NCBI GenBank assembly: GCA_044433415.1
Contig: JAWXTP010000002.1
Span: 5,041 to 69,040 of the forward strand
Length of the DNA stretch: 64,000 bases
Reading direction: 5' to 3'
Source of the DNA: Rikenellaceae bacterium
GTDB taxonomy: Bacteria; Bacteroidota; Bacteroidia; Bacteroidales; Rikenellaceae
Positions 28,141 through 37,711 of the stretch are shown here, one piece after another. The number at the start of each line of letters is the position of its first letter. Positions within the stretch are counted from its first letter, which is position 1. Both the position numbers and the translations under genes were made by a program. The notes below the pieces were generated by a model that searched no databases, was not told the origin of the DNA, and saw only the letters and a program-made list of their open reading frames with translations.

Positions 28141-29160
28141 TTGAAAATTAACAAACTACTTGTATCGCAACCAAATCCAGCAATTATTGAAAAATCGCCA
28201 TTTTACGATATCATTACGAAACATAAAGTAGCGGTCGATTTTGTTCCATTTATTAAGGTCGAAGGAGTTAGCTCTAAAGAATTTAGAAGCCAAAGAGTCG
28301 ATGTATCTGCTCACACAGCAGTTATATTTACTAGCCGTGCTACTATTGACAGTTTTTTTAGAGTCTGTGAAGAGTGCCGAGTTAACATATCTGAAGATAT
28401 GAAATATTTTTGTGTAACTGAAGCAATCGCGCTTTACTTACAGAAATATATTGTATATCGTAAAAGAAAAATTTTCTTTGGTAAAGGGAGTTTTGCTGAT
28501 TTGATGGATATAGTCGTAAAACACAAAGAGGAGAAATACCTAGTAGCTCTTTCAGATCCTCATAAACCAGAAATACCTAAGGCTTTAGATAAGGCAAAGA
28601 TTAAGCATGTTAATGTTATTCTTTCTCGTACAGTGTCTAATGAAGTTACTAACAAGGTTAGCGATATTTCTAATTATGATATGCTAGTTTTTTATTCTCC
28701 AGCTGAAATTGCATCCTTAACATCACAGTTTGAGGGTAAAATTAACGAGAATACAGTTATTGCTACATTTGGTGTTGGTACAGCGCAAGCCGCTATTAAT
28801 GCAGGTCTAAACGTTAACGTACTTGCTCCTACCAAAGAATGCCCTTCTATGGTTACAGCAATATGTAAGTTTATCGACAAGTTTAACAAAGGGGAAGAGA
28901 TAGACACAACGTATATTTCTGAAATGATAAAAGCTACCGCAGCACAAAATGAACTTGTTATGGCTAAGGTTAAGCAAATGTCTAAAACTAAGAAAAGTTC
29001 TACTTGTAAAAGCGCGAGTTCTAAAAGCTCTAGTACAAAAAGTACAAGTGCTAAAAGTTGCTCAAAAACTACAGCTACAAAAACACCTACTTCAAGATGT
29101 AATACAGCAAAAAAAACGACAACAAGAACAACTAAAGCAACAAAAGCTATAGCTGAATAA
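28141..29160 (+). CDS. Uroporphyrinogen-III synthase (HemD)-like protein with a Lys/Ser/Thr-rich C-terminal tail
   Basis: It has an HemD-like two-lobe pattern (LVSQPNP..., AVIFTSR, LVFYSPAEI). The last ~60 aa are KSSTCKSASSKSSSTKSTSAKSCSKTTATKTPTS...TTKATKAIAE. The start codon is TTG. Confidence 0.7.
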   Translation: MKINKLLVSQPNPAIIEKSPFYDIITKHKVAVDFVPFIKVEGVSSKEFRSQRVDVSAHTAVIFTSRATIDSFFRVCEECRVNISEDMKYFCVTEAIALYLQKYIVYRKRKIFFGKGSFADLMDIVVKHKEEKYLVALSDPHKPEIPKALDKAKIKHVNVILSRTVSNEVTNKVSDISNYDMLVFYSPAEIASLTSQFEGKINENTVIATFGVGTAQAAINAGLNVNVLAPTKECPSMVTAICKFIDKFNKGEEIDTTYISEMIKATAAQNELVMAKVKQMSKTKKSSTCKSASSKSSSTKSTSAKSCSKTTATKTPTSRCNTAKKTTTRTTKATKAIAE

Positions 29161-29197
29161 CATTAGCTGAACAGCTTTTTTTAATTATATGTATTTG

Positions 29198-29230
29198 ATG
29201 TACACCAGTGTCATTAGCACTGGTGTACAT
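29198..29230 (+). terminator. Hairpin after the HemD-like gene
   Basis: ATGTACACCAGTG pairs with CACTGGTGTACAT in a 13-bp stem with a 7-nt loop. There is no clear T-run, so terminator function is uncertain. Confidence 0.45.
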
Positions 29231-29293
29231 TACTAAAGAGGGTTTCTAAATAAGAAATCAATTATTCCTCTTAATACAACATTTATATACATT

Positions 29294-29686
29294 TTGACAG
29301 AGATTAAACAAATAAGGAATACACTTCCAAAGAGTGAGAGATTATCGGGGGTAACTGTAGTAAATCAGCTATTTGCTAGCGGTATAGGCTTTACTTCATA
29401 TCCTTTGAGATGTGTCTACTGCCTTAAGCCTAGCGATGAAAAGCAGGTTAAAATATTAGTGTCTGTTGGTAAAAAGTATCACAAAAGAGCAGTTAAGCGC
29501 AATAAAGTAAAGCGCCGCATTAGAGAAGCATACAGATTAAATAAACACTTCCTTCTTAAAAATATGCCCGAGAACATATCTTTAGAGATAGCATTCATTT
29601 ACATATCTAAGAACGAGGAAGAGTATAATACTATTGAAAATGGAATCAAAAAGTCGTTCTCAAAACTTCTCACAAAGATTAACTAA
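29294..29686 (+). CDS. rnpA: Ribonuclease P protein component
   Basis: LPKSERLSG...[25 protein letters not shown] is the RnpA basic motif. The apparent start is TTG. Confidence 0.85.
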   Translation: MTEIKQIRNTLPKSERLSGVTVVNQLFASGIGFTSYPLRCVYCLKPSDEKQVKILVSVGKKYHKRAVKRNKVKRRIREAYRLNKHFLLKNMPENISLEIAFIYISKNEEEYNTIENGIKKSFSKLLTKIN

Positions 29687-29900
29687 GATAGCTGTATTTA
29701 TACCTATTTTACTAATTAGGTTTTATCAAATAGCAATATCGCCTCACTTTCCTCCTATGTGTCGGTACACACCGACCTGCTCTTCCTATGCACTTCAAGC
29801 ATACAAAAAGCACGGATTCGTCAAGGGTACCTACCTCACAGCAAAAAGAATCCTTTCTTGTCGTCCAGGAGGTGGCTCTGGTTACGATCCCATTCCATAA
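29640..29900 (+). CDS. yidD: Membrane protein insertion efficiency factor YidD
   Basis: It carries [11 protein letters not shown]...[14 protein letters not shown]...[18 protein letters not shown] chose the ATG at 29640 as the start; the track uses the TTG at 29634. It overlaps the rnpA 3' end. Confidence 0.88.
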   Translation: MESKSRSQNFSQRLTKIAVFIPILLIRFYQIAISPHFPPMCRYTPTCSSYALQAYKKHGFVKGTYLTAKRILSCRPGGGSGYDPIP

Positions 29901-29940
29901 ACAACTAATGACAAATAACAGTAAAAACACACATTTTACC

Positions 29941-29971
29941 TTTGCCTTTATAATATAATTTTATAACTTTG
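29941..29971 (+). promoter_or_regulatory. Bacteroidetes-type promoter (-33 TTTG, -7 TAacTTTG) for the 697-aa lipoprotein gene
   Basis: TTTG at 29941-29944 and TAACTTTG at 29964-29971 are 19 nt apart. Confidence 0.5.
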
Positions 29972-30096
29972 CGGTATAAAAGCTATATTTAAATTATTTC
30001 AAGTATAACTTTTAGTAATTCCCCTTGTGCGTTATATATACAAAATCAATAGAGAGTTATAGTAACTCCCTAATATTAATCTAATAAGAACAAATT

Positions 30097-32190
30097 ATGA
30101 AGAAGCTCATTTACCTATTTAGTAGTTTCCTACTACTAACTGCCTGCGGACAAGGCAGTGTCAATGTGGATTATGGGAATGTAAATCCATCTACAATTAA
30201 GTTGGCTGTAAATGATTTAGAAGAATGTGTGAATGCTACCCTAGCAAGCTCTAGTATTTCTCCTAAATTTAGTGTTTCCGTTGACTCAAAAATGGAGAAC
30301 GGAAGTTTTGGTTACAAAATTTCCGAGAACAATGAAGTGTCTTTCTTTGCAGGGGACGAAATTGGTGTCACTCATGCAATTTACACCTTACTAGAGGAGC
30401 TGGGTTACACTTTCGACATCACTGGTATCTCTAAACCAGAACAGCCTAACCTAACAGCGTTTACCCCTAAAGACACTCTTATCACTCCTTCTGTACGCTG
30501 GAGAGGTATACGTCAACACGTAAACTTTCCTATGGATATTTCTTCGTACGAAATAGAAGATGCCAAGAAATACTTAGACGACCTTCTTCGTATGCGCTTC
30601 AATAAACTTACTATACATACTTACCCAGGTCAATGGTATGAAACTATGATAGGTGATAGCTTATCTCTTGCAGGTAACTATTTCTATGGTAATAACCATT
30701 TCTTATACGAAAGTCCTTTATTACAAAAAGCCATCCCTGCAAATGATTCTGTTTTCTGTATTCCTTCTGCTGAAAAACTATCACCAGAAGAAAATAGCAA
30801 GTTCGCTATCAACTGGATGCAACAACTTATAAGATATGCAAAAGAATTGGGATTCTATGTTCAGGTATCTTTTGAACCTCGTATCTCTAGTATAGATCAA
30901 GCTGTTTCTACTTCTATGGATGTTTACAATTTATATCCAGAAATTGATGCTTTAGAGCTTATTACAGAAGAAACAGGAGGTTGGGGACCTAGATGTACAG
31001 AAGAAGAAGTCAAGGCTTCTTTAGCTCATTATTTCACTCCTGAAATTGCTAGTGATGAAATCGTCAACAGACCTATCCAACCAAAACAGTCAGACCTAAA
31101 CGCTATTTATTCACAAATGGGTGTTATCTGTAAGGCTATAGAAAAACTAGAGCCTACAATAGGAGACAAGGTAGAGTTAAAAATTGGTATCTATTGTTCA
31201 GTCGGTAATTACACAGAATCAGTTTATAGACTTGCTCGTTTAGCTATGCCTGATAATAAAGTGTGTTTAATGCCTTCTCATGGTAGTATGGGTACAGCAA
31301 ATTCCCTTCCTAATGTTATTAGAACTAAAGAAGATTTAGCAGCTACAGAAATCTACTCATGGGTTGAGTTTGATGGTTTAATGTATTTATACCAAAACTC
31401 TATTCTTGGCAATAACACCTTAATGGATAAACTTGACGAGATAGACCCTAACGGACAACATCTTTCTATTTTGTATAACCACTGGAGAACTGCCGAATGT
31501 AGAACATCTGCTAGATATGCTACAGAAGTAACAATGACAAAAGACCTTACTCCTGACCAATTCTACTTATCTTATGCTGAACGTTTAGGAGTTAAAACTC
31601 CTGCTAACCTTAAAAAAGCCCTAGACCTTATTACTGAGGCTGATATTTTTGCATCTAAAAATCTTGGAAATATTGGTTTCTGTTGGATGGGTGCTTGGCG
31701 TACAGGTGGCTTCTTTAATAGAACTAAAAAAGACAGATTAATACATACTAGAGAGCTTTATTATGAAGCTGGCAAGGTGTTCTCTGAGTTAATAAAAGAA
31801 GTGTCTAAAGACAGTGAAGCCTATTCTTATCTTGCATTTATTGAGAACCGCGTTTTATGTACAGTGATTTACCTTGATGCTTTTATTGAAGGTGTAGGTA
31901 TTCAAACTATAGAAATCGAAAAAGATGGTTCTGTTTCTGAGTCTGAACAATTACGTGCGCGCGCAATCTGTGACAAGTCTTTATTAATCTTTGACCAGTA
32001 CCTAGAAGTTCTTTCTCAAATGATGCCAGACCGTGGTTGTGAAGGCACTTTAGCTAGTTCTTGGAGTGCTCCTATTAGAGGATTAAAGATTTATAGAGAG
32101 AAACTTGGAGGTGTACCTATGTCAGCTGTCCCAGGCGCTGATGCAGAAGTAGATGCTCCACCACTACCTATTTTCTACGAAGAAGAATAA
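30097..32190 (+). CDS. Lipoprotein, putative glycoside-hydrolase-like TIM-barrel protein of unassigned family
   Basis: It has a lipobox (LLLTACGQG). The N-domain pattern ...FFAGDEIGVTHAIYTLLEELGYTF resembles GH20b/GH67N-type domains, followed by RWRGIRQHVNFP...FNKLTIHTY. The family call is from memory and weak. Confidence 0.6.
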   Translation: MKKLIYLFSSFLLLTACGQGSVNVDYGNVNPSTIKLAVNDLEECVNATLASSSISPKFSVSVDSKMENGSFGYKISENNEVSFFAGDEIGVTHAIYTLLEELGYTFDITGISKPEQPNLTAFTPKDTLITPSVRWRGIRQHVNFPMDISSYEIEDAKKYLDDLLRMRFNKLTIHTYPGQWYETMIGDSLSLAGNYFYGNNHFLYESPLLQKAIPANDSVFCIPSAEKLSPEENSKFAINWMQQLIRYAKELGFYVQVSFEPRISSIDQAVSTSMDVYNLYPEIDALELITEETGGWGPRCTEEEVKASLAHYFTPEIASDEIVNRPIQPKQSDLNAIYSQMGVICKAIEKLEPTIGDKVELKIGIYCSVGNYTESVYRLARLAMPDNKVCLMPSHGSMGTANSLPNVIRTKEDLAATEIYSWVEFDGLMYLYQNSILGNNTLMDKLDEIDPNGQHLSILYNHWRTAECRTSARYATEVTMTKDLTPDQFYLSYAERLGVKTPANLKKALDLITEADIFASKNLGNIGFCWMGAWRTGGFFNRTKKDRLIHTRELYYEAGKVFSELIKEVSKDSEAYSYLAFIENRVLCTVIYLDAFIEGVGIQTIEIEKDGSVSESEQLRARAICDKSLLIFDQYLEVLSQMMPDRGCEGTLASSWSAPIRGLKIYREKLGGVPMSAVPGADAEVDAPPLPIFYEEE

Positions 32191-32213
32191 GGAACATTAA
32201 TGTCCTCTAAATG

Positions 32214-32254
32214 AAAATAACCTATGTTGCTATTAATGTAACATAGGTTATTTT
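32214..32254. terminator. Bidirectional terminator between the lipoprotein (+) and MFS (-) genes
   Basis: AAAATAACCTATGTT pairs with AACATAGGTTATTTT in a 15-bp stem. Confidence 0.8.
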
Positions 32255-32269
32255 TGTTTAAAAGAAAAT

Positions 32270-33466
32270 TTATTTTCTTTTAACTTTAAAGGCAAAAATA
32301 GAATACAATAAAGTAATAATTGTAAATAACACTTCCACTGAGTAAAGTGTTGATATTCCAAATGAATCTATTATCCTACCACTAAAAATAGCAATTATCA
32401 TACTACTAAGGTGAGTAAGCACTGTCTGTATCGTAAAATCTGTACCCTCACGTCCCTCACGCGACTTATCCATTGCTGTAGTATATACTATCACAGTAGA
32501 AAGCCCATAAGAAGCCCATAAAAGACAAACCCCTACGTATATGGCATGGCCACAGTCTTTAAACATCGAAAAGATAAGGAAGTAAACCGCTGTGGTAAGT
32601 GCACAAAGTGCAAAGATTATACGTGAGCGATAACGACCATATTTTTTAACTATCCTACCCCCAAAATATGAGGCTATAAATCCACAACCTGTACCAATAA
32701 TTCCCGAAATAAAACCTATCTCCACTATGGTATAACCTAAGTCAACCATGTAAGGACGAAGTGTTGACAATATACCTATCAACCCACTGTAAGACAGGAT
32801 AAGATAAATTATCTGTTTAGAAATACCCTTTTGCTTAAAAAAAGATAACAAGTCACCCTTAGTAGCTTTAGTATGCTTAGGAATCAATGGCGTTGAACGT
32901 TTTTGCATCATAAGAGGCACTATCGCCAACATCACAAACACTGCTAGACAAGGCAAAACAACATCCCAACCTATTTTCTTATAAATAAGCAATAACACTC
33001 CACTACCTACAAGAGTTCCAGCAAAACTCCCCATAGACTGCATACTATTTACCATACTTTTATTTTTCCTATCAAAGGAACGTACAGCAAGAGCATCAGT
33101 AGCTATATCCTGAGTAGCAGAAGCAATAAATGACAGTAAAATCAACACAGCAATCAATATCATATCTGTCTTTATATCTAACAAAGACACCCCAAATATT
33201 AACGCTGCATAACATAATTCTGAACTAAAAATCCACTTTTTGTAGCTTCCCAACGAGCCCGTATTTCTATCAACTAAGGGAGACCAAAGGAACTTTATTA
33301 ACCATGGAACCTTTATAAGTTGTAATAGTGTTATTGTTGTCATAGAGAAATTCTCTTGACGCATCAGTACGGGAATAACCGTACTAAAGAAGCTCATCGG
33401 TATAGACTGAGCTATATACAAACCAAAGAAAACGCCTAGTCGTTTTTGTTGTTCAAATTTATCCAT
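32270..33466 (-). CDS. MFS permease of the AmpG / RhtX-FptX (PAT) type
   Basis: It has 12 TM helices, and the N-terminus LGVFFGLYIAQSIPMSFFSTVIPVLMRQ...LIKFLWSPLVDR resembles the AmpG/PAT family. Confidence 0.75.
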   Translation of the reverse strand: MDKFEQQKRLGVFFGLYIAQSIPMSFFSTVIPVLMRQENFSMTTITLLQLIKVPWLIKFLWSPLVDRNTGSLGSYKKWIFSSELCYAALIFGVSLLDIKTDMILIAVLILLSFIASATQDIATDALAVRSFDRKNKSMVNSMQSMGSFAGTLVGSGVLLLIYKKIGWDVVLPCLAVFVMLAIVPLMMQKRSTPLIPKHTKATKGDLLSFFKQKGISKQIIYLILSYSGLIGILSTLRPYMVDLGYTIVEIGFISGIIGTGCGFIASYFGGRIVKKYGRYRSRIIFALCALTTAVYFLIFSMFKDCGHAIYVGVCLLWASYGLSTVIVYTTAMDKSREGREGTDFTIQTVLTHLSSMIIAIFSGRIIDSFGISTLYSVEVLFTIITLLYSIFAFKVKRK

Positions 33467-33521
33467 TAATTATTTTCGTAAATATTGTTTATTAAGTAGG
33501 GCAAAAACTTTTAGTAAACTT

Positions 33522-35591
33522 CTAAAATTGAAGTATCAAATCTGCACCTATAGTAAAAGGCTTACCTTGTTGTATATAACTGTTACCCAATGACTCAAGA
33601 TAATATGCGTTATATTTTGTATTGGTAATATTTTTCGCCCAGACCGCAAAGGTAATAATACTTTTTGATATTGATACTCTAGCATTTAAAAGATTATAAT
33701 AATCTTCTTTAGCAGTGTTAGCATCGTTCCAATAAATATCTCCAACTCCATTATACTGAACAGCAACATTTATCCTATCATAAAGACAAGAATTAAACGA
33801 CACAAAGGTATAATCCGCACGTCCAGAAATAGTACTTTGAGGCACTAAAGACAATCTATTTGAAGAATAATCCGCTCCAGCAGAAGAAACATATTCATCA
33901 AATTTAGCGTTAGTATAACCATAATCAACACCAAAATTTAAACGCTCTATAGGTTGGTAATTAAGCGATGCTTCAACACCATAACTTGTACTCTCTGCTG
34001 CATTTTTAAGCAAAGAACCTGTACCTGTTGATAAAAGCTGATAAACTTGTTGATCTTTCCAGTCTATATAAAATACCGCAAACGAGCCTTTCAACTTATT
34101 ATTACACAAGTTAAATTTTGTTCCTAACTCATAACTCCAACTATATTCTGGCTTAAAACTACGCTCTTGGTCTTCTATAAAAGAAGAGTTAAAGCCACCT
34201 GCCTTATATCCTTTAGTTACAGTTGCATAAAGTTGACCATAATCCTCTATTTGGTATTGTAAAGAAAACTTAGGTGAAAGCTGAGAATGGTTTAACTCAC
34301 TATCAAAACTATCATTAAGCGAAGAACTATCACTTATGATATAATAATTCTCATAATCCATTTTTGCCTTTTCAAAGTCATAACGAAGACCAAAAGTAAA
34401 TGAAAGGTTATCTACAAAAAGCCTATCCAAAGTTGCTTGACCATAAAAGGCAGCTCCCCAAATTGGAGTGTCATAATATTTATCTGTTGTCAAACCACTA
34501 GTAACATATTCCATAGCAACATTCTTATCTAGAGACTGATAAAAGCCTGATGCTCCAGCTATCCAGCTAATACGGTGCTTACCTACTTGACGAACCTCAA
34601 CCTCCTGAGTAAACATATTCTGTTTCTCTTTCTGAGTCACATAATATAAATCACTAGCTGTGAAATCTTGGTCTATACCTTGATGATCTCTACTATATTG
34701 ATGTGAAGTACGGGATGTTAAAATAATTTTAGGTGATGAATAAGTGTAGCTTAATCCATTTGAGTTCAAGAAACGATTATACAAACTCTCTCTATTGTAA
34801 TTAACATCTGTCGTTTCTAAAGTTTCTGTATTTAGCAACATATAAGGATAACCACTTTGTTCTGAATACTCTACATTTGTTACAAAGTTAAGTTCATGAC
34901 GATCTTTCTTGTAACTCAGCTTTAAACGACCTCCCCCAGAATTTAATTTATCAGCATACTCCGAAAGAGTCTCATTATAGAAAAATCCATCATTATGTTG
35001 GTAAAATCCAGAAATGCCATATCCAAAATTATCCGTAAATTTTCTATAATCAGATATAGATGCCTGTGCCCTACCCTTGCTGCCTCCAGACAATGATATT
35101 GTAGTGCCTTTATATGTTAGTGGTGATTTTGTTGTTACATTTATAATACCGCCCATAGCATTACGACCAAACATAGTACCTTGTGGTCCACGTAACACCT
35201 CTATAGAGCTAATATCTGCAAATTCGAAATCAAAAGCACTTTTCTCAAAATAAGGAATCCCATCAACATACAAACCTACTGATGGAGAATTAATTTTAGA
35301 ACCTATACCTCTTATAAAAACTGGGGAATTAAGTTTGGTACCATAATCAGGCATAAACATATTAGGAATAGCCAAAGAAAAATCCTTTATATTCGTTATT
35401 GATGCTGATCTTAAAAGACGTGTATTCATTTCTGAACCAGAAATAGGAAGCACTTCTAACTTGCGACCTTCTTTGCGACTTACAATAGTCACTTCATCCA
35501 TTAACACGGTGTCTTGTCTCTCTGACAAGTCTTGTGCACCTACTGTTTGTACTACAATCAGTAACGAAAAAAAAGCTAATAGATTTTTCAT
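33522..35591 (-). CDS. TonB-dependent outer-membrane receptor (siderophore-sized, 689 aa)
   Basis: It has a signal peptide, a plug region (DEVTIVS...IEVLRGPQGTMFGRNAMGGIINV), beta-strand periodicity and a terminal F. Confidence 0.9.
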   Translation of the reverse strand: MKNLLAFFSLLIVVQTVGAQDLSERQDTVLMDEVTIVSRKEGRKLEVLPISGSEMNTRLLRSASITNIKDFSLAIPNMFMPDYGTKLNSPVFIRGIGSKINSPSVGLYVDGIPYFEKSAFDFEFADISSIEVLRGPQGTMFGRNAMGGIINVTTKSPLTYKGTTISLSGGSKGRAQASISDYRKFTDNFGYGISGFYQHNDGFFYNETLSEYADKLNSGGGRLKLSYKKDRHELNFVTNVEYSEQSGYPYMLLNTETLETTDVNYNRESLYNRFLNSNGLSYTYSSPKIILTSRTSHQYSRDHQGIDQDFTASDLYYVTQKEKQNMFTQEVEVRQVGKHRISWIAGASGFYQSLDKNVAMEYVTSGLTTDKYYDTPIWGAAFYGQATLDRLFVDNLSFTFGLRYDFEKAKMDYENYYIISDSSSLNDSFDSELNHSQLSPKFSLQYQIEDYGQLYATVTKGYKAGGFNSSFIEDQERSFKPEYSWSYELGTKFNLCNNKLKGSFAVFYIDWKDQQVYQLLSTGTGSLLKNAAESTSYGVEASLNYQPIERLNFGVDYGYTNAKFDEYVSSAGADYSSNRLSLVPQSTISGRADYTFVSFNSCLYDRINVAVQYNGVGDIYWNDANTAKEDYYNLLNARVSISKSIITFAVWAKNITNTKYNAYYLESLGNSYIQQGKPFTIGADLILQF

Positions 35592-35728
35592 AATTATTTA
35601 TACCTTTAAAATTATTTACAGCAAAGATATAATAATATTTTTTAAAAATTATACTTTTTATACTATTTTTTCTTCAAAAAGTATAAAATAATAAATTTAA
35701 CCTCTTATGCGGTACCAGTAATAAACAA

Positions 35729-35753
35729 CAAAAGCCTGTAATACAGGCTTTTG
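35729..35753 (-). terminator. Rho-independent terminator after rpoN
   Basis: CAAAAGCCTG pairs with CAGGCTTTTG around a 5-nt loop. TTGTTGTTT follows on the minus strand. Confidence 0.75.
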
Positions 35754-35779
35754 TCAAAATTATACTCATATAAAAAAAA

Positions 35780-37222
35780 TTATACTTCTTTTCGAAGGCG
35801 CGCAACAGGGATATTTAACATTTCTCTATATTTTGCAACCGTACGACGTGCTATTTTATATCCTTTTTCTTGAAGGATAATCATTAGTGCCTCGTCAGTA
35901 AGAGGGTGTTTTTTATTCTCATCCTCTACACAGTCTGACAGAATCCTCTTAATTTCACGCGATGAAACTTCTTCTCCCGATGAGGTCTGCATAGCTTCAG
36001 AGAAGAAATACTTAAGAGAATAAATTCCAAAATGTGTTTGAACATACTTACTATTTACAACACGCGAAACTGTAGACACATCTAGTTCTGTGAGCTCAGC
36101 AATATCTTTTAGTATCATAGGTTTCAACCTTGTTTCATCCCCATCTAAGAAATACTCGTGTTGAAATTCCATTATAGCATTCATCGTAAGCAACAAAGTT
36201 GCATTTCTTTGTTTTATAGCAGAAATAAACCAACGTGCAGAATCTATTTTTTGTTTTATAAATTGAGCTGCCCCTTTCTCACTTTTAAGGCTATCCTTTT
36301 TACGTGTTCCCGACTTAGAAACCTCTTTTAACATATTTATATAACTCTTATTTATCTTTATTTCAGGCATATTAGTCCTGAACAAAGACAAATCTAGCTC
36401 ACCATTAGTATAGTCTATTACAAAATCAGGTATTATCTGTATTGTTGGTTCACTTTGACTATTTTCTGTATACAAATTAGAAGGCTTAGGAGATAAACCC
36501 GTAATAACATTTATAATATCACGAAAATCGTCATCATCTAACCCTAGGCGCGACATAATTTTATCAAAATGCTTTTTAGCAAAATCTTCAAAATAATTCT
36601 CTAGTACTTTTGTTGCAAGTCTCACATCGCTAGTCTGAGGGTGATTTCTTAACTGCAATAAAAGAGCTTCCTGTAAAGTTCGCGCTCCTGTCCCCTGAGG
36701 TTCAAAAGTCTGAATTATCTTTAACACATTTTCTATTTCATCTTCTGAAACATCTAGATTCATAGCAAATGCTATATCATCAGAAACGCTCATTAACTCA
36801 CGTCTCAGATAACCATCAGAATCTAATGATCCTATGATATAGCGACCAATAACCTGATCTTTAGAATTAAGCTCTTTATAACTTAACTGCTCTTCAAGAT
36901 ATTCAATATAACTCAAACCGTCACTAAGAGGCATAGTTATATGCTTATCATCTTTTGAAAAGTTGTTTGCATACAATTTATAAGAAGGAATATCTTCATT
37001 CTTTACGTATTCATCTATATTTAACTTAGCAGTAGAGCCTTCATTATTTGCATCCTCAGCTATATCAGAAAGTTCTTCAAGAACTGGATTTTCCTCAATT
37101 TCTTGTTTTATTCTTTGCTCAAGTTGAATTGTAGGAAGCTCTAGGAGCTTTATCATTTGTATCTGCTGAGGAGAAAGTTTCTGTACTAATTTCTGTATCT
37201 GTCTGGTGCTTAAAGTCGCCAT
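35780..37222 (-). CDS. rpoN: RNA polymerase sigma-54 factor
   Basis: It has a Gln/Leu-rich N-terminus (LSPQQIQMIKLLELP) and the C-terminal RpoN box ARRTVAKYR. Confidence 0.95.
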   Translation of the reverse strand: MATLSTRQIQKLVQKLSPQQIQMIKLLELPTIQLEQRIKQEIEENPVLEELSDIAEDANNEGSTAKLNIDEYVKNEDIPSYKLYANNFSKDDKHITMPLSDGLSYIEYLEEQLSYKELNSKDQVIGRYIIGSLDSDGYLRRELMSVSDDIAFAMNLDVSEDEIENVLKIIQTFEPQGTGARTLQEALLLQLRNHPQTSDVRLATKVLENYFEDFAKKHFDKIMSRLGLDDDDFRDIINVITGLSPKPSNLYTENSQSEPTIQIIPDFVIDYTNGELDLSLFRTNMPEIKINKSYINMLKEVSKSGTRKKDSLKSEKGAAQFIKQKIDSARWFISAIKQRNATLLLTMNAIMEFQHEYFLDGDETRLKPMILKDIAELTELDVSTVSRVVNSKYVQTHFGIYSLKYFFSEAMQTSSGEEVSSREIKRILSDCVEDENKKHPLTDEALMIILQEKGYKIARRTVAKYREMLNIPVARLRKEV

Positions 37223-37238
37223 CTTATTCAGGTTTTAA

Positions 37239-37342
37239 GGGGAGTTCTACAAACTGCGGTTCACATATCTAATCCTAAACACATAACACATTCCGCAAAA
37301 ATTTCTATACCAAAGTGTAAAATCTAGTTTTTAGAAGTTCCC
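37239..37342 (+). repeat. 104-bp composite REP-like element
   Basis: GGGGAGTTCT lies at 37239-37248 and AGAAGTTCCC at 37333-37342, with TTTAAG / TAAAA flanks. The core is unrelated to the 8975 copy. Confidence 0.75.
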
Positions 37343-37396
37343 TAAAATACAATATTCAATATGTCTAATTACCATAATCAATTATCGTGCAAAACA

Positions 37397-37690
37397 TTAC
37401 GAAACTACGATAAATTTCACAACAACACGTCCTGCAACTCCATTTAATCGATATTTTATATCATTCCTACGCGCAAAAAACTCACTTCGTGCAGAGGCTG
37501 AATTAAAACTAACATACAATTTACCATCTCGTAAAGTCAGCTTTTGTGTCGCATCTGATAAATCTTTACCGACAACTTCATACCACGCATTCATAACCTT
37601 AGCTTCGAGCATTCCTTTAGAAAAGGCTGCGCTGTCTTTCATTATATTATTTATAATGCTTCCTATTAACACTGGTTCTGTCTTTTCCAT
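37397..37690 (-). CDS. DUF721 (DciA-like) small protein
   Basis: The 97-aa protein lies directly downstream of recF. The pattern W..VVG......T....L.DG.L.V matches DUF721 as I recall it. Confidence 0.7.
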   Translation of the reverse strand: MEKTEPVLIGSIINNIMKDSAAFSKGMLEAKVMNAWYEVVGKDLSDATQKLTLRDGKLYVSFNSASARSEFFARRNDIKYRLNGVAGRVVVKFIVVS

Positions 37691-37711
37691 AACGCTAAAT
37701 TTATACGTTTA

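Noticed and set aside
28949-29152. 67-aa alternative-frame ORF over the HemD-like tail
   Set aside because: It is a by-product of the low-complexity AAA/AGC-rich DNA that encodes the Lys/Ser/Thr tail. The main frame is continuous with the HemD-like domain.
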